Below the pieces are notes generated by a model, which saw only the letters and a program-made list of their open reading frames with translations, searched no databases and had not been told where the DNA came from. A stretch of 64,000 nucleotides of DNA from Lama glama (lineage: Eukaryota), in NCBI GenBank assembly GCA_028534125.1, contig CM052817.1:45200001-45264000 (forward strand), given 5' to 3'. This document shows positions 24,290-36,780 of the stretch, piece after piece (position 1 is the stretch's first letter; each line of letters begins with the position of its first letter). The position numbers and the translations under genes were made by a program.

Positions 24290-26200
24290 CCCTCTTATAT
24301 TAAGGGAGAATAATCTGATAATTTCCATAGATGTAGAAAAAATGATTATAAAATGCAAGACTCTTTCATGATAAAAACTCTTAGCAAAAATCAGACTTAA
24401 AGGTGAAACATCAACATTCTCATTAAAGTCAGAAACTAACACTGAGTCCAGGTATAGGTCAGTGGCAGAGTACATGCTTAGTATGCACGAGATCCTGGGT
24501 TCAACCCCCAGTACCTCCATTAAAATAAATAAATAAGAAAAAAAATTCAACACTGTACTAAGGACTCTAACCAGTGCAATAAGACAAAGAAGAAAAGTGG
24601 TATGAGAATTAAAGAAAGAAAAAAGATTATTCTTAGTTGTAGAAAATATCATTATCAACACAAAGTCCAATTAGAACTAATGGTTTAATAAGGTGGTTAG
24701 ATATAAGACCATTATACAAAAATCAAGTAGTTATCAATTTGAAAATGTAATAGAAAGAGATCCCATTTACATGTAACAAAAAGTGTAAGATGCGTACAAA
24801 TGAATCTAATAAAAAATGTATACAACTCTGTGTTCAAAATTATAAAATATTAATGAAATACATAAAAGAAGACCTTAATAGATTAAAAGATATACCTGGG
24901 ATCATGGGTAGAAAAAGTCAATGACAATCCTCCTTAATTTTTAAACTCAATATATTTTTTTTAACTCAATATATTTCTAATTAAAATCCCAACTGGAATT
25001 TTTCAGATAATTTGACTAGCAAGTAAGTTTCATTCAAATGAAAAACAAAAGGAAAAGAAGTGTAAGACAATTCTGAAAAGGGCCAAGATAGGAAATTTTT
25101 TCCTGTATTCTAATAGATTATTATGATGCTTTAGTAATTAAGAGAGTGTGGTTTTAGTGTAGAACTAGACAAGTGAACTAATGGAACAGAACAGAGAACT
25201 TAGAAACAGACCTGTACACATATGGAAAATTGACCACAAATCTTAGAATATAATTCAAATGCAAAATCCCTACTAATATAAAAGACAAAATTTTAAAGCC
25301 TTTCATATAAGAAAGTGATGGAAACCCTCTATGCCCTTGAGGTAGAGAAAGATTTTGTAAATAAGACACAAAAGCATAAACCATTAAAAAAAAAAAGCCT
25401 GTGATAATATTACAATGTTAAACTTTAATAAAAACACTAAAAACAGACTAAGAAACCAAAAGAAGATAACTGAAATATGTATTATCAACAAATGATTAGT
25501 ACCCAAAATATATAAAGAACTCCCAGTCATCAACTAGAAAAGGAAAAATGTTCTTACACAAAAATGGGCAAGAAGGTAATTCAGAAGGGTGAAAGATAAG
25601 CAAACAAAAAACAGACAGTGACCTCATCCATGAAAATATGCTTAATCTCATTAATTTAAGAAGTGAAATGAGGTCAATGAGATACCATCTCTTGCTCATC
25701 AAACTGGCAAGCAAGAATTGACAAGATGTGAAAAACAGGAACTTGAAAACATTGTTGATGGAGTATAGGCTAATAAAACCATTCAAGAGAGCATACCAGA
25801 CAATACCTGGTAAAGATGAAAAAAGTACTATTCTACTTCTAGGTATATAATGTAGAGAAACTTAATACACAAGTAGATACATAAAGACCAGTCGCTTTAA
25901 CAGTTTATATTAGCAAAAACGTATAAAGCCTATCAACTCAACAAGAAAATAACAGATTATAGTATATTCACACCCCAGAATAAAATATCATGCTTAAAAT
26001 GAATAAACTACAGCAACATGTACCAACATGGATAAATCTCAAAAAGATAATGCTGAATAAAAAACAGAAGTTGTGAAATTACGTTCAGAAGGATACTTTA
26101 TTTAAAAAGAATTGGATGGTAGGTACACAAGGGCTTGTTATGCTATTTCCTATTGTTTTCTGTATGCTTGAAATATTTCATATCAATAAAAAATTTAAGA
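24290..26200 (+). mobile_element. Old L1 ORF2/3' fragment with a nested SINE
   Basis: atttccatagatgtagaaaaa, agacaagtgaactaatggaacagaacagagaac, aatgagataccatctc, caacatggataaatctcaaaaa. Confidence 0.8.
24448..24545 (+). mobile_element. tRNA-derived SINE (camelid vic-1-like)
   Basis: A-box/B-box-like tataggtcagtgg...gggttcaacccc, then agtacctccattaaaataaataaat tail. Confidence 0.8.
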
Positions 26201-26813
26201 AGAGAAAAATCATTCTTTGTCAACCTCCAGTTTCTGTTCACTTCTGTGCCCCCTGTCTTTACCAGATTCCTGATGTGTTTTCTCTACTATTTAATTTTCC
26301 CTCTTGTAATTCACTCTTCTGATACTTCAATCTGGATTCTGAGGCAACCACTACATATAAATGCTCTCCCCAAGGTCATCAGTGATGTTCACAGTCTAAA
26401 TCCTTCAGATACATTTCTTATCCTATAGATACATGTCCTTATCTTGATAGCTCAGTGACTTCTAAGACTGGTACCTGCTCTCCTAATCCTTCAAAAAGTG
26501 TGGCTCTCCTCTTGCCTCTCAGCCTGTTTCTTCTCACAGTCTCTCTTACTAATGCCTCCTCCTCTAATATTTCTTAACTACTTGTATACCTTAGGCTCTG
26601 TCCCAGCACTTCCCTCCTCACTCTTCACTTATTCTAAATGACTCACCTAAACTCTCTTGTTTATCTAATTTTGTTTCATCTATATTCTCTCAGATCTTTA
26701 TTTCCACACACCAGAAATTGACACAACATTGTAAACTGTTGTATTTACAACATGACACAGAATTTCTTAGAATGAAGTCCACTTTCTTTAATGTTGTACA
26801 AAAAAAGTATGAG

Positions 26814-26845
26814 TAAACAAAACAAAACAAAACAAAACAAAACAA
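26814..26845 (+). repeat. (AAAAC)n microsatellite, tail of a small retroposed insert
   Basis: About six copies of aaaac. Confidence 0.85.
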
Positions 26846-26939
26846 TTAAAAAGAAATCTTTATTTCCAGCCCAGCCCTGCCCTCCAGATTAGTAAGCCAA
26901 CTGTCAACTATCCAACACTACTTGCTAACCTCAGTTCAG

Positions 26940-28100
26940 TGAATGCAAACAAACTCATTCTCTTCTCTGACCTTAATGCTAGATTTTTGGTTCAACTTCT
27001 CATTAAAAACAACTAAAACCCCTGAATTAAAAAAAAAAAAAAGCCTAGGAGCAATGAAGAAGTGACAGTTTAGCAGGCTAAAACTGACAAGAAAATGGGT
27101 ATCTACACAGCTAAACAAGTATAAAACTACCTTTTGGCTGGGAGTACATTTCTTGATCTTGATAAATCTAAAATGTTCATTTTGACATTCTCATGGGACA
27201 GAAGGAAAATAAATCAAAGCCAAGGGTATACACAAGGTAAGGAAGAAATCTAACAGAAAACTCTTCAACTAATAAATCAGGACCTCAAAGGGATATATCC
27301 TCAGGGTGAGAATAATGAGAAGTTAACTAGTTCTCATAAATTTTGTAGCCTGGGTTTGCATTGCCTGAGTGGTCCAGGAAATATTAAGTCTTAAGTTTGG
27401 ATTAAGGTGATCTCAGATAATCTGCACCCCCAGGGCTTGGCAGAAACAAACACATTCTTCTCCAGGGTTCAAATTCCGTTAAGTAATTCTATTACGTGTC
27501 ACACAAAACATAGTCAAAGATAACCACATACCATACTTAAGAACCAGTAGAGCAACTACCAGACCCACAAAGACTTAAAGTACTAGGAATATCAGACAAA
27601 GACTATGAAATAGTTGTTTCTTAAATCCAAAGAAATAAAAAGTAAGTTGAAAATACATGCAGAGAAAAGGAAGTTATAAAAAATTACCTAGCAAGTCTGC
27701 CAAAGAACAAAACAGAACTTCTAGAAAAGAAAAATTTAAAACTCAATAGACACATTTAATAGCCAATCAAACATAGGTAAAGAGAGAAGAGTTGAAATAG
27801 AGAGCAGGTCAGTAGAAACAATCCAGAAGAATGCCTGGAAAGATAAAAAGATGGAAAACGCAGAAAAGAAAGTGACAGCGTGAGAGCCTAATCAGAAGAC
27901 AGAGAATTGAACCTGAGTTTAGAAAGACAGGAGAAAATGTGGCAGAGCAGTATTTGACATGATATAGCTGAGATTTTCTGGAAATGATAAAAACATCAAC
28001 CTAGACTCTGGAAGCCTACCAACTATTAAACATAAATAAAAAGAAACATACTCAACACACCATAGTGGAAGGAAGAATATAAAGCATACGTCCTCCCCCA
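26940..28100 (+). mobile_element. Decayed L1 5'/ORF1-like fragment
   Basis: aacagaacttctagaaaag...aactcaatagacac...agctgagattttctggaaatgataaaa; edges approximate. Confidence 0.5.
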
Positions 28101-28237
28101 AGGAAGCCTCTCTCAACACGTAACAAACCAACAAAAAAGTACACGTCCTTCTTTCTCCCTTTAATCGCATTCCTGAAAAGTTAACAATTCAATGAGAACA
28201 AAAAGAATCTCTTCAAATCAATCTCTTCATACTATAC

Positions 28238-28358
28238 CTCCATCACTGTTCCCCTCCTCTGTAATAATGTCCAGTAGTCTTTCAAAAGCATTTTCAAAAG
28301 CAACAATTTTCTGGATTGCTCCATTGCTTCTTGTTAGTGCCTGTAGCAGTAAGACACC
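28238..28358 (-). CDS. USO1: USO1 coding exon 8 (GVLLLQALTRSNGAIQKIVAFENAFERLLDIITEEGNSDG)
   Basis: AG/GT boundaries; 121 nt; lies within ORF 28227..28409. Confidence 0.97.
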
Positions 28359-31300
28359 CTTATGGAGAAGAAAGATAATGTTAAGTGGAGTACAATGTTT
28401 AAAAGACATTTAAAAACTACTTAAAAAACCACAGAGTTTTAGCAGTGGCAGGAATCTTACAAGCGCAACTTCTTCACTTTATAGAGAGGGAAAACAAGGA
28501 CAGAGAAAGTAAGCAATTTGCCTCCCTAAGCTACATAGATCTCAAAGGGTCAGAGCCTTGGCTAAAATCCATGTCCACCAATTCCTAATTCAGTTCTCTC
28601 CACTGTGCAATATAAATGTATGACAATTCTTGTACAGTCATCAATCATTACACAGCTTTCATTGTGGTCTAAGAGAGCTGAACATGATTGTATCTGTCTC
28701 AATAATGCCTCTGCACATACTTCACAACAGTAACAATAAGAAACTGTGAATTCACTAATATAAATCAATAAACACCATCACATTCTAGCAGAGAAATTTC
28801 AGATATTCTTACAATTATCTGGCCTGCAAATACTCCAAACATGACTCTAAGTTAATAGAAAAAAGAAAGAATTCTAGCCTCCTGAATGGCATGTCTAATA
28901 CAAGACAATTCTCAATAGTCTCTTGCTTCTGATTTTTAGTTTTTCTCAGCTCCTGTTGGGCTAGATTTAGTCTATATACTCTGCAACCTCTTTATTATTC
29001 AAGAAAAACTCACTGTTGACAATTTCTGCTTATTTTACTATCAAACAAGTATTTTACGAGCCCAGAAGAGCCCAAGAATACCATTAGGTCAAAGAGACAG
29101 TAAATATTTAATAAAAAAAAAACCAGGTATTATTTGGAGGAAGAGGAATAGCAACTAGGTAGTTCAAAAGTTCCAAAGAGACAAAATTTTTGCTGGCTGT
29201 CAGTACTGGGCAAATAAGTATTCATGTTAAGACAAAAAATGCCTATGGCCTAACGGCTTATCCTACTAATTTTCCTGACTATCCAGTCTCAATATTAAGA
29301 TGAGAGAGAAAGCAGAAGTGTTTACTTTTACATGTCAAATTCTCCTACCTAATGCTAATTTGAGATTAACTGTTAACAAAGGAAGGAGGAAATACAGTGG
29401 AACAAACATTGAGGCTGTGAGTTAGATACGGTGGGTTTTAAAAAGGGTTGTTGTACTTACTAGTGCAACTTAAAGCAAATTACATAAATCTAGAATCTTA
29501 GTACACCCACGTGTAAAATAAGGATGATATTATTGTCACATGGTTTTTATGAGGATTAAAGGAGATGACATAACTTCTATAGAACCTAGGTTCTCAACAC
29601 TTATCAGTTTCTTTCCCCCGACTATTAAGAGGTGCATTCTTCAATCAAACACATCCACTAAATGCTAGTAAGAAGGAAAAGTACACTCATTAGTCATTGA
29701 AAGCAAGTGGGCACCAATTCCTTACTTTAAAAACTGGTAATTAATGAGATTAATCTATTTATCCTCTCTTTCATGTGTGAATTACATTTCAGGGCAATAA
29801 AATACACTGGTTGATAAAGCAGAGCTCTTCACTGTGGAATATTAAAGCTGAATAAATGTAGAAGAATGACAGAATTATAAAATCACTGTTTTGAAATCCT
29901 TAACAAAATAACAGATTCAGGCAATGATCACTAATGAATGATCAGATTTAATGGAGGAAAGAGAACTTTACAATATAGGGATCTGGTGGTCACCACCTGA
30001 ATCAAACCTACTGATCACTACAAGTGGGACGGACAGATACTACATTTCTTGATGTGTTGTATAATTAAGTAGGCTGCATCACCTAGGAAACACCCTAGCA
30101 AAGAGGTGAACCAGAACCTAATCAAGCCCTTTAGATAAGTTAATAGACATTAACAATCAAATATAATGGGAGAACTTCGTCTGGATCCTGATTTGAAGAA
30201 ACCAACTGTAAAAGACATTTATGAGACAACTGGGAAACGTGAATATAGACTCGTTATCTTATTTAAACTGAGAGCTAAAACAAAGTTGTTATCTTGTTAA
30301 ATACGATAATGGCATTGTAGTTATATAAGGAAACACATACACATGACATGTGTACTGAAGTATGTATAATGGTGAAATTATTCAGATGTTTCGACTGCTT
30401 TTAAATACTCCAGTAAAAATAAAGGAGAGTGGTGATGGGAGGGGTAGGTGAAGCAAATATAACAAAATCTTGAAAATTAATGGATTTAAGGGGTGAGTTT
30501 GTTTGTATTCTCTACTTTTGTGTGTATTTACCTTTTTCATTATAAAAAACTAAAAATTAAAGAATGAAATTACAGTCTATCACTTAGAAGTGAGCTAGTC
30601 GTTACTTCTGACAGTTTTCTCAACTTTTCTTTCTAATTTTAAAACACTAAGTAACAAATAAATATGATAGTTCAGTGTACCTATGGTAAATGACCAACTG
30701 GTTCTCTAAATCCAGATCAAAATCAATGTTTCAAATATAAAACAAAAGGGGGCTAAAAATCTTTACCAACAGGCTCCCAGGGAGGTTAGCCAATGTTGAC
30801 AACTGTCATTCAATGCAATTAGAAAGATTAAAAAGAAGGAAAAGAAAAGACAATTTTAAAAGAAGGATAAAGAAAAAGGTACAAAAGAGGGAGGAAAAAG
30901 CAGTCTACTATTTGAGACAGTTACAGAGTGCTACTAATAATTGCCAGAGGTGACAGTTAGTTTCCTCTGGTTGACAGTGTCAATTGTGCTAGATTTTGGT
31001 GTGTTTTATTACATAATGTTTGATAGTAAATGTCTACAAAAAATTCAATGAATAGGTTTACTGAAACCAAAGACAAAAAGGCTGAAGACATGTAAAACTC
31101 CAAAATCTAAACACTACAGCAAAAGTATAACTTAATCCCTAATCATAAAATTAATGAAAACCAACATAAAATAGAATCATTTTATCTGTTTCTAATAAAA
31201 GTTGAGGAGAAAAGGTTAGGAGCAGAAAAAAAAAGTAGAAAGTTAAAGGAAATAGTATATTTAAGAACCAACTTGATGTAGTTATATATACACACAAATT

Positions 31301-31862
31301 ATATATGAAAATGAAAATAAATGGTGATGATACTAATAACAATCCAAGGAGAGAATCTCTTTTTAAATGGTTTTTGTGGTACCGTTTTATTTAAATTGAG
31401 GGCCAAGAGAGGAGTAAAATAACACATTCAGGTTTAGGGTATATAGTAATATTTTAGTTAAGAAAAGACACACAAAATTCCTAATAGATAGGTACACAAT
31501 TCTTAAAAGAATAAAAAATGTCCTTCTCATGAGTTACATTATCATTCCTCCACTTACAATACTGCACTGATATATGTACTACAAAATTTTAAACACAAAG
31601 CTAAAACTACCTGTCCATGTGGACTCTAAGTCAAGAGCATTTCAGCTTTATCTCTGCTTTGCCATGAACCAGTTGTGAGGCTAAGGGCAATCCAAATGTT
31701 GTTTACTAGCACTTAAGATGAGAAAGGGACAGGGCCAAGTACCACAAATATAAAGATGAGTAAGACATTACTAACAAAAACAAGTCACTCAGTTTCCGTG
31801 AGTCTTGGACTTCTAAGTGTATATATGGAGACTGAATTAGCTTGATAAAATCTCCTAGTTCC

Positions 31863-31951
31863 AGGCAGTGAGGGATATAGCTCAGTGGTAGAGCGTGTGC
31901 TTGGTGTGCATGAGGTCCTGAGTTAACCCCCAGTATCTCCATTAAGGAAAA
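31863..31951 (+). mobile_element. tRNA-derived SINE (vic-1-like)
   Basis: tatagctcagtggtagagcg...gaggtcctgagttaaccccc; flanked by TSD aaaatctcctagYtc. Confidence 0.85.
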
Positions 31952-32579
31952 AAAATCTCCTAGCTCTAATAAAAAAAAAAATTTTCCAATTGTTGTATAA
32001 AGAGTATTAAGGTTTTGATCAAGTTGTAGATAACAGAGAAAAATGTTCAAGCAACTAAACAATATTGTATCAATACAAAATATTCAAATATATATGCAAA
32101 CATTAAAATAAATCAGAATGGAAAATTAACTCTAGAGCAAATCATGCTCTATAGTTAAATAAAGATTACAAGGAAAATCCTTTGAAATATGCATTCAATC
32201 GAATAAGAGCGAGGATTCCAAACGTGACACTTTGTTAAGGTCATGCAGTTCAATGTATGGGGATGTTTCCTCTACTCTTTCTGGAGGGAGACTTTGGTGT
32301 CAGTACAACCCTTCAGAAAAGGATGAAAGAAATCCTAAACTTGTGGAAGGCATAAGTTTGAATAGCAAAATCATTTGTCTAAGCCAAAATACTGAATAGG
32401 CAGAAAACAAAGAAAAAATGTGGCCTTGCATATGACTTTAAAAGGTCTAAAAGATTGTCTAATACCCCAACATTCCAAGTCTAACTTTTTATGACTCTGA
32501 ATAAGGGTCAACAAAGATTTCATTTACAAAGAGAGAAAACAAAATGCATATTCTTAGACTTTTTTCAAGTTTAACTTAC

Positions 32580-32635
32580 ATCATTACGTATAACTTCCCT
32601 GGAATCCGCTAGTAAGTCCATCAATCTTGAAACAC
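32580..32635 (-). CDS. USO1: USO1 coding exon 7 (GVSRLMDLLADSREVIRND)
   Basis: tttcag acceptor, GTAAGT donor; 56 nt. Confidence 0.97.
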
Positions 32636-32791
32636 CTGAAACATATAACTATGTGAAAAACACTGGCAGATCAAAATTACAAATAGTGATTCAAATTATA
32701 AACAATTTATTAACACATCATTTCAGTCACCCTCTTTAGGAATGATCCTCACTTTTAATCCAAAATTATATAAGGAAGATGAGTCACTCAC

Positions 32792-32894
32792 CCATGGGAC
32801 TGACTAAAATAATTTGCTGCACTTGAGGCCCTAGCTGTTTTAAAAGAGAAGTAAGAAGTTTCACACCAGGCCAGCGGACGTGGAAATCAAACTC
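32792..32894 (-). CDS. USO1: USO1 coding exon 6 (EFDFHVRWPGVKLLTSLLKQLGPQVQQIILVSPM)
   Basis: ttacag acceptor, G|GTGAGT donor; 103 nt. Confidence 0.97.
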
Positions 32895-33301
32895 CTGTAA
32901 GAATTTAAAATATTTAACATTTGTAACTCACATTTTCAAGAAAAACATTTTTTTTCAACTAATACCAGTAGCACAAAAAACTAGAAACAAAAAAGAGTTT
33001 GGAGAACTTTAAAAAACTAAGAATAAAAAGCAATAAAAAGAAATGAGTTAATATAAATTGATCAAATTGATTAAACTATTATTGACTAGATAAAACAGTA
33101 TTTTATAAAACTGGAAATAAGAAGTAAATCAATATTTCAACACACTATAAGGCTCTTAAAACAAGCATGTAAATCTCTTTCAATGATACAACAAATTTTA
33201 CTATCTTAAAAAGGTATATATATGTTGCTTCCTCAGTAACACCCAAAGAGGCAACAAAAGAAGCTTATAAAATGACAAAAATAGCAAGGTTTTTTAATTA
33301 C

Positions 33302-33402
33302 CTCTAATAAAGATAACAGGAGAGTGACATTTTCTTGCTGCTTAATGAAAATTTCTGTAAACTGGCTTCCCAAATCCTCATTCTGCCTTGTGGAGTTTTC
33401 TT
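33302..33402 (-). CDS. USO1: USO1 coding exon 5 (EENSTRQNEDLGSQFTEIFIKQQENVTLLLSLLE)
   Basis: AG/GT boundaries; 101 nt, phase 1 to 0; lies within ORF 33233..33415. Confidence 0.97.
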
Positions 33403-35070
33403 CTGTAACATTCAAAGATAAGGTACTTGAATATGATGCTTTGTTGTTTTAAAGTATCCTTTTTGTTACAGAAGCTAAGCAGAAATGATAATTTTCTTGG
33501 AACTGTATGTCGGAAGTAGTATCACAATTTTGCTGGAAAGACATATCCTAAAAATAACTTTCAATGTCATTTAAATGAATTTTTATTTTTTAAATGTTTA
33601 AATATGCTACTCAAAGAAAATACATTTAGATTTTTCACATTTTCTCAAGGTCATTTTTTAGGTTAAAACTCTAGAGTACAAGGGGACTTACTAGGGTGAT
33701 GGAAATATTCTATCTCAAATGTGATAGTCGTTACGCTACTACATACCTTTGCCCAAAGGATAAATATTAATATATGTAAATTATACCTCAAAATCTCCTC
33801 CCCCAAACATTATTGAGCTATACAGTTCTTACTGTTACTGCGTTAAATAATTTAATTATAAAATCAAACCAATCATCTGCAGATCCTTCAGTATCTTTTT
33901 TAAAAAAATTAACATATATATCCTATGAAGTTATTTGGCAATAAAACCAGAATTTTTAAATTTGACATTTAATTTTTTACTTGTTCTTTAAAAGATTTTA
34001 TATTTGTCCTTAAGACTTGAAGGTCTTTAGATTAAACCATCTGTTGTTTCAATGTATTATATCAAAAAAATGTAAAGGATCACTAAAAACTGAAGCAACA
34101 ATTACAAAAGTAAATTATCATTTAAAATCTGCCTACACTATAAATGCAATTTAGAGATGGCAAGTACACTACTCCTCATTCCCTCACCCATACCAGACAC
34201 AGCTAATCCTTTTCCACATGTTGCTCCAGGCAGTGACTATAAACCAATGGAGTTGGCAGTCAAGATCAAATACATTTATTACCCCTCAAACAGTTCTTTT
34301 TCAAATGTGACATTGTAGTATTAATACGCTTTAGAAAGCAAGTAGTGACAAGTACTGACAAGAAAAGCAAGGCAATCCAACAGTGACAGTGATAATCACA
34401 TCTAATTATTTATAGGGAAAAGAGAAAAGAGAAGAGACCACAAGTAGAAATGTTTTCCAGTATTGATTAATATGCTAGGTTTTTCCTTCAGAAACCCTAA
34501 GAAATATTTCTTTTTATCATCTCTTGTATCAGTAAAAGAATTAACTGTTTCTGGACCTTAAAACTACATTACTCAAACAAAAAATACTTTGCTTTTAAAA
34601 GGACTAGCCTGGCTGTGCTAAGACAATAATGTCAGGGGAAGAGGGAAATAATTGGGAGACTGATTAGGAGGCAATCATCAGGGTAAGGGATAAAGGTGAC
34701 TTAGACAGTGGTCATAATTCTTATGAAAACAGAGGGAACAGGATTTGCTGACATACTGCTTAGAAGGGGTGTGAGAAGGTGGGGAAAAAAAGGAAGAGTG
34801 ATTCTAAGGTTTTGGCCTGAAGACTGGAAGAATAGTATTGCCATTTACCGACTGGAAACACTGTGGAGGAAGCAAGTTCAGAGTATAGAGAGAACCAGAA
34901 ATTTAGTTTTGGATGTATCAAATTTGAGATAGATAAAAATTTGGAGATATTCATCAAGTAGGCAGTTAATTAAAAACAAGCTTGGCTGTCAGTGGATAGG
35001 TTTGGGTTAGACATATACATTAGAGTGATAAACATAATAATGATTTAAAGTCACAAGACTGGATGATAAA

Positions 35071-36780
35071 GGGCATCTACAAAAAGCTTACAGCCAACTC
35101 TACACTTAATGGTAAAAGGCTGAATGCTTTCCACTTACTATGAGGAAAGAGGCGAGAATATCCACTTTCACCAATTCTAGTCAGCATCATACTGAAGATG
35201 CTAGTGCCACAGGGCCACAGGCATACAGATTGGAAAGAAGTAAAACTGGATTTACAGATGACATGTTTGTCTATGTAGAAAATCCTATGGAATCTACAAT
35301 AAATCCTATTAGAACTAATAAGTGAGTTTAGCAAAGTTGCAGGATAAAAGGTCAATATACAAAATTAACTGCATTTTTACTTACTGGTGATGAACAATTA
35401 GAAATTAAAATTTTAAAACAGCACCACTTAAAACAGCATCAAAAAGTATTAAAGACTTAGGGATAAATCTGATAAAACCTGTATGACTTATACTTTGAAA
35501 ACTCAAAAATGGTGCTGAGAGAAATGAAAGAAGACTTAAATAAATATATATACCATGTTCTTGTATTAGAAGGCACAATACTGCTAAAATGTTTTGTCTT
35601 CTCCAAAATCAATCTGTATATTTAACAGAATCCCAATCAAGATTTCAGTCAGCCCTTTGTAGAAACTGACAAACTGATTCTAAAATGATATGGGAATTGA
35701 AAGGACCAAAAAGATCCAAAATAATTTTGAAAAGGAGACAAAGTTAGAGGACTTAACACTACATAATTTCAAGACTTATAAAGCTACAGTAATCAAGACA
35801 GCATCATGTAGGCAAAAACGACACACACACAGATCAACAGAATAGTAAGTCCAGAAACAGACCTATTTGCTCACAGGCCTAGTCATAAGAGTTAAAACTA
35901 TAAAACTTTAAAAAGAAAACATAGGACAAAATGTTAGTGATTTTAGATCTGGCAAAGATTTCATAAATAGGAAACAAAAGGCCCAAATTATGTAAGAAAA
36001 AAAAGGTAAACTAGACAACCAAAATGCAAAATTTTGTTCTTCAAAATACAACGTTGGAGGAGGGTACAGCTCAGTGGTCCTGGGTTCAATTTCTTGTACC
36101 TCCATTAAAATAAGTAAATAAATAAACCTAATTATCTCCCTTCCAAAAATAAAGCAAAACATATCTATTAAAAAAAATACAATGTTATGAAAATAAAAAG
36201 GTAAGTCACAGATTGGGAGAAAGTATTTGTGAAATATATATCACAAGAACTTTTATCTGGAAAACATACAGAACTCTTACAACTCAAGCATAAGAAGACA
36301 ACTCAGTAAAAAATTAACGAAGGATTTGAATAAACACTTCAAAGAAGAAAGGAATATGTATGGCAAATAATAGCATGAAAAATTATTCAATATAATTATT
36401 CGTTATGAAAATACAAATAAAAACTACCATGAGATACAATTTCACATCTATTAGAACAGCTAAAATTTTAAGACTGATCATATCAAGTAGAAGAGTATGA
36501 AGAGGAACTGGGATTCTCATACACCACCGTAGGAATGTAAAATGGTACAACTACTTTGAGAAACAGTTTGGTAGTTTCTTATAGAGTTAAACATACACAT
36601 ACTGTATCACTTAGCCTGTGTATTTATTCAAGAGAAATGAAACACACAAAAACTTGTACATAAAAGCTTTACGTTTACCAGCTAAAAACTGCAAACAATC
36701 CAAATGACTACCAACAGGGGAATGAATTAGCAAATTATATAAATTCATACAACAAAATACTATTCAACAATAAAAAGTAC
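35071..36780 (+). mobile_element. L1 ORF2/3' fragment with a nested SINE
   Basis: ORF 35140..35325 contains FTDDMFVYVENP (decayed RT FADD motif); aagacttataaagctacagtaatcaagaca. Confidence 0.88.
36056..36173 (+). mobile_element. tRNA-derived SINE with an internal deletion
   Basis: ggagggtacagctcagtggt joined directly to cctgggttcaa; TSD aaaatacaaYgtt (36043-55 and 36174-86). Confidence 0.85.

Noticed and set aside
24278..24670. 130-aa hydrophobic ORF resembling a membrane protein (likewise 31706..32062)
   Set aside because: Translation of the T-rich antisense strand of L1, SINE and A-rich sequence; the hydrophobicity is compositional
26089..26096. Second GTATCCTT (U12-like donor) on the minus strand
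   Set aside because: Lies within an L1 relic with no associated exon; similar motifs near 33454 and 37893 are on the non-transcribed strand
31863..31951. tRNA-like sequences with A and B boxes, here and at the other SINE sites
   Set aside because: TSDs, A-rich tails and divergence between copies identify them as SINEs, not tRNA genes
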